Shown one piece after another: positions 62,488-64,000 of a stretch of 64,000 nucleotides of DNA. The notes beneath the pieces are model-generated. The model had not been told where the DNA came from and made no database searches. It saw nothing but the letters and a program-made list of their open reading frames with translations. The DNA lies in assembly GCF_964355755.1 (NCBI RefSeq), contig NC_092673.1, forward strand, positions 8,866,001-8,930,000, given 5' to 3'. This DNA comes from Antedon mediterranea. Its lineage: Eukaryota; Animalia; Echinodermata. Position numbers and translations under genes: made by a program. Numbering within the stretch: the stretch's first letter is position 1; every line of letters begins with the position of its first letter.

Positions 62488-63009
62488 TTTTTAATATATG
62501 GCTAAGCAGTGGTTTCTTCATAAATCTCCTTAATTATCGAGGTGATTATATTTAAATTGTAGTGCCTGGTGATTGGCTAGTGGTTATGTCATCCACATCA
62601 CATCCAATCACCGGGTCTAATTGAATGAAAACAGCAATCCCTGATCCGGGATTGGCTGGCTATGTATAGTTGCGATTCGTTACCTAGCGGTCGTTTTGAA
62701 AAGTACACGCAGGGCAAACTTAATCACGAACAAACGAAGTACCTATTATTTTTAATATATGGCTAAGCAGTGGTTTCTTCATAAATCTCCTTAATTATCG
62801 AGGTGATTATATTTAAATTGTAGTGCCTGGTGATTGGCTAGTGGTTATGTCATCCACATCACATCCAATCACCGGGTCTAATTGAATGAAAACAGCGATC
62901 CCTGATCCGGGATTGGCTGGCTATGTATAGTTGCGATTCGTTACCTAGCGGTCGTTTTGAAAAGTACACGCAGGGCAAACTTAATCACGAACAAACGAAG
63001 TACCTATTA
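62488..63009. repeat. Near-perfect 261-bp tandem duplication
   Basis: ggctaagcagtggtttc occurs at 62500 and 62761. The copies differ at very few positions (e.g. acagcaatcc vs acagcgatcc). Confidence 0.95.
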
Positions 63010-64000
63010 TTATTCACACAAGAAGTAAGACAACGGTGAGTATATAGATCATGATTACACGTTGTATCTACTACACTTAAGATTAGCCTAGGCCTACCTA
63101 GGCAGTATCAATGTCGGCAAATCATATGGTTTACTAGTAATCCTAGAAGGCCTAGGCCTAGTATCCTTGCTGATTTTGTAATTTTACATGTATGTAGGCT
63201 GAGACAACAAATAAATAGTTATTGTCTCAGATGTAGGGCTACTACAGGTCATAAAATGCTACTTTAATGTCATAAAAACATTAGCGTAGATCAATCGCGG
63301 CAGAAACCTATACTAGTTCTAATTATAGCATCTACAATTCTAAGCCAATAACAAAATAGTATTGTTTTTATCTGGTATATTGATGAAGTAGGCCTACACT
63401 AGGGTCTTCACAATAACATACAATGTAATTTAATAACTAGTGGCGTGAGGCAGAGGCCTGAAGCCACTTGTTTAGGAAACCTAAGTGGCCCTCCAAGTTT
63501 CAAAGATCGAGGCCTCGGACGTTTTTAACATTTTCACATTTTATGCCTGTTCCTCTGGGCACTGCTCATGGGCCCCAAGCTTCGGTTTAGCCAGTGAGCG
63601 CACATAGCTGTTACGCCTCTGATTATATACTGTTCAAATATGTATGAATACATACAGTGCAACAAAGAACGCGCGAAAGAAACGTAGTCAACAAGTTTAA
63701 AATGTCGTTTCTCATGTGCAGTAAACAATATATTAGGCACGCAACCGTTTCGTTGTTACCATGCGGTTAATTAAACTGTAACATTGTGGGCGGTCCGCGG
63801 TCTGTCGGCGAGAGTCAAGGAACCCTTGATCTCACGTCGATGCATATCCTTCTATTCTTTAATCCATGGTTGAATGTGTTAGTGTAATAGATGATGGTAT
63901 GATCATCATACATATCAACATTAATACATTGATCAAAAGAGGTAAGGCAGAAGGGAGGTCATTAATGTAGATAGAGAAGAGAAGGGGTCCTAGGGTAGAT

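Overview
AT-rich, intron-containing animal genomic DNA. It is probably from an invertebrate deuterostome such as an echinoderm, but that is inferred only from gene content and repeat types. From 54 to 17866 are two tandem paralogous 10-exon genes with identical intron phases. Each encodes a secreted ~1100-1170 aa protein of unusual architecture: signal peptide, two tandem AID/APOBEC/SNAD-like deaminase-fold repeats with degenerate catalytic motifs, acidic linker with a furin-type site, an unrecognised Cys-rich module, two SRCR domains and a C-terminal fibrinogen-related (FReD) domain. A convergent small secreted FReD gene follows (18734-20990, minus strand). From ~26.2 to 49.7 kb lies a multi-exon CatSper-beta (CATSPERB) orthologue whose last codons and stop are amplified into a ~35 x 67-bp tandem array. 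The window also holds a young 5'-truncated CR1/L2-group LINE (~54.8-57.5 kb), a likely first exon of ANAPC5 (61.3 kb), and many MITEs, Helitron/Helentron-like elements, a tRNA-derived SINE and simple repeats. All exon models were hand-derived and no database searches were run.
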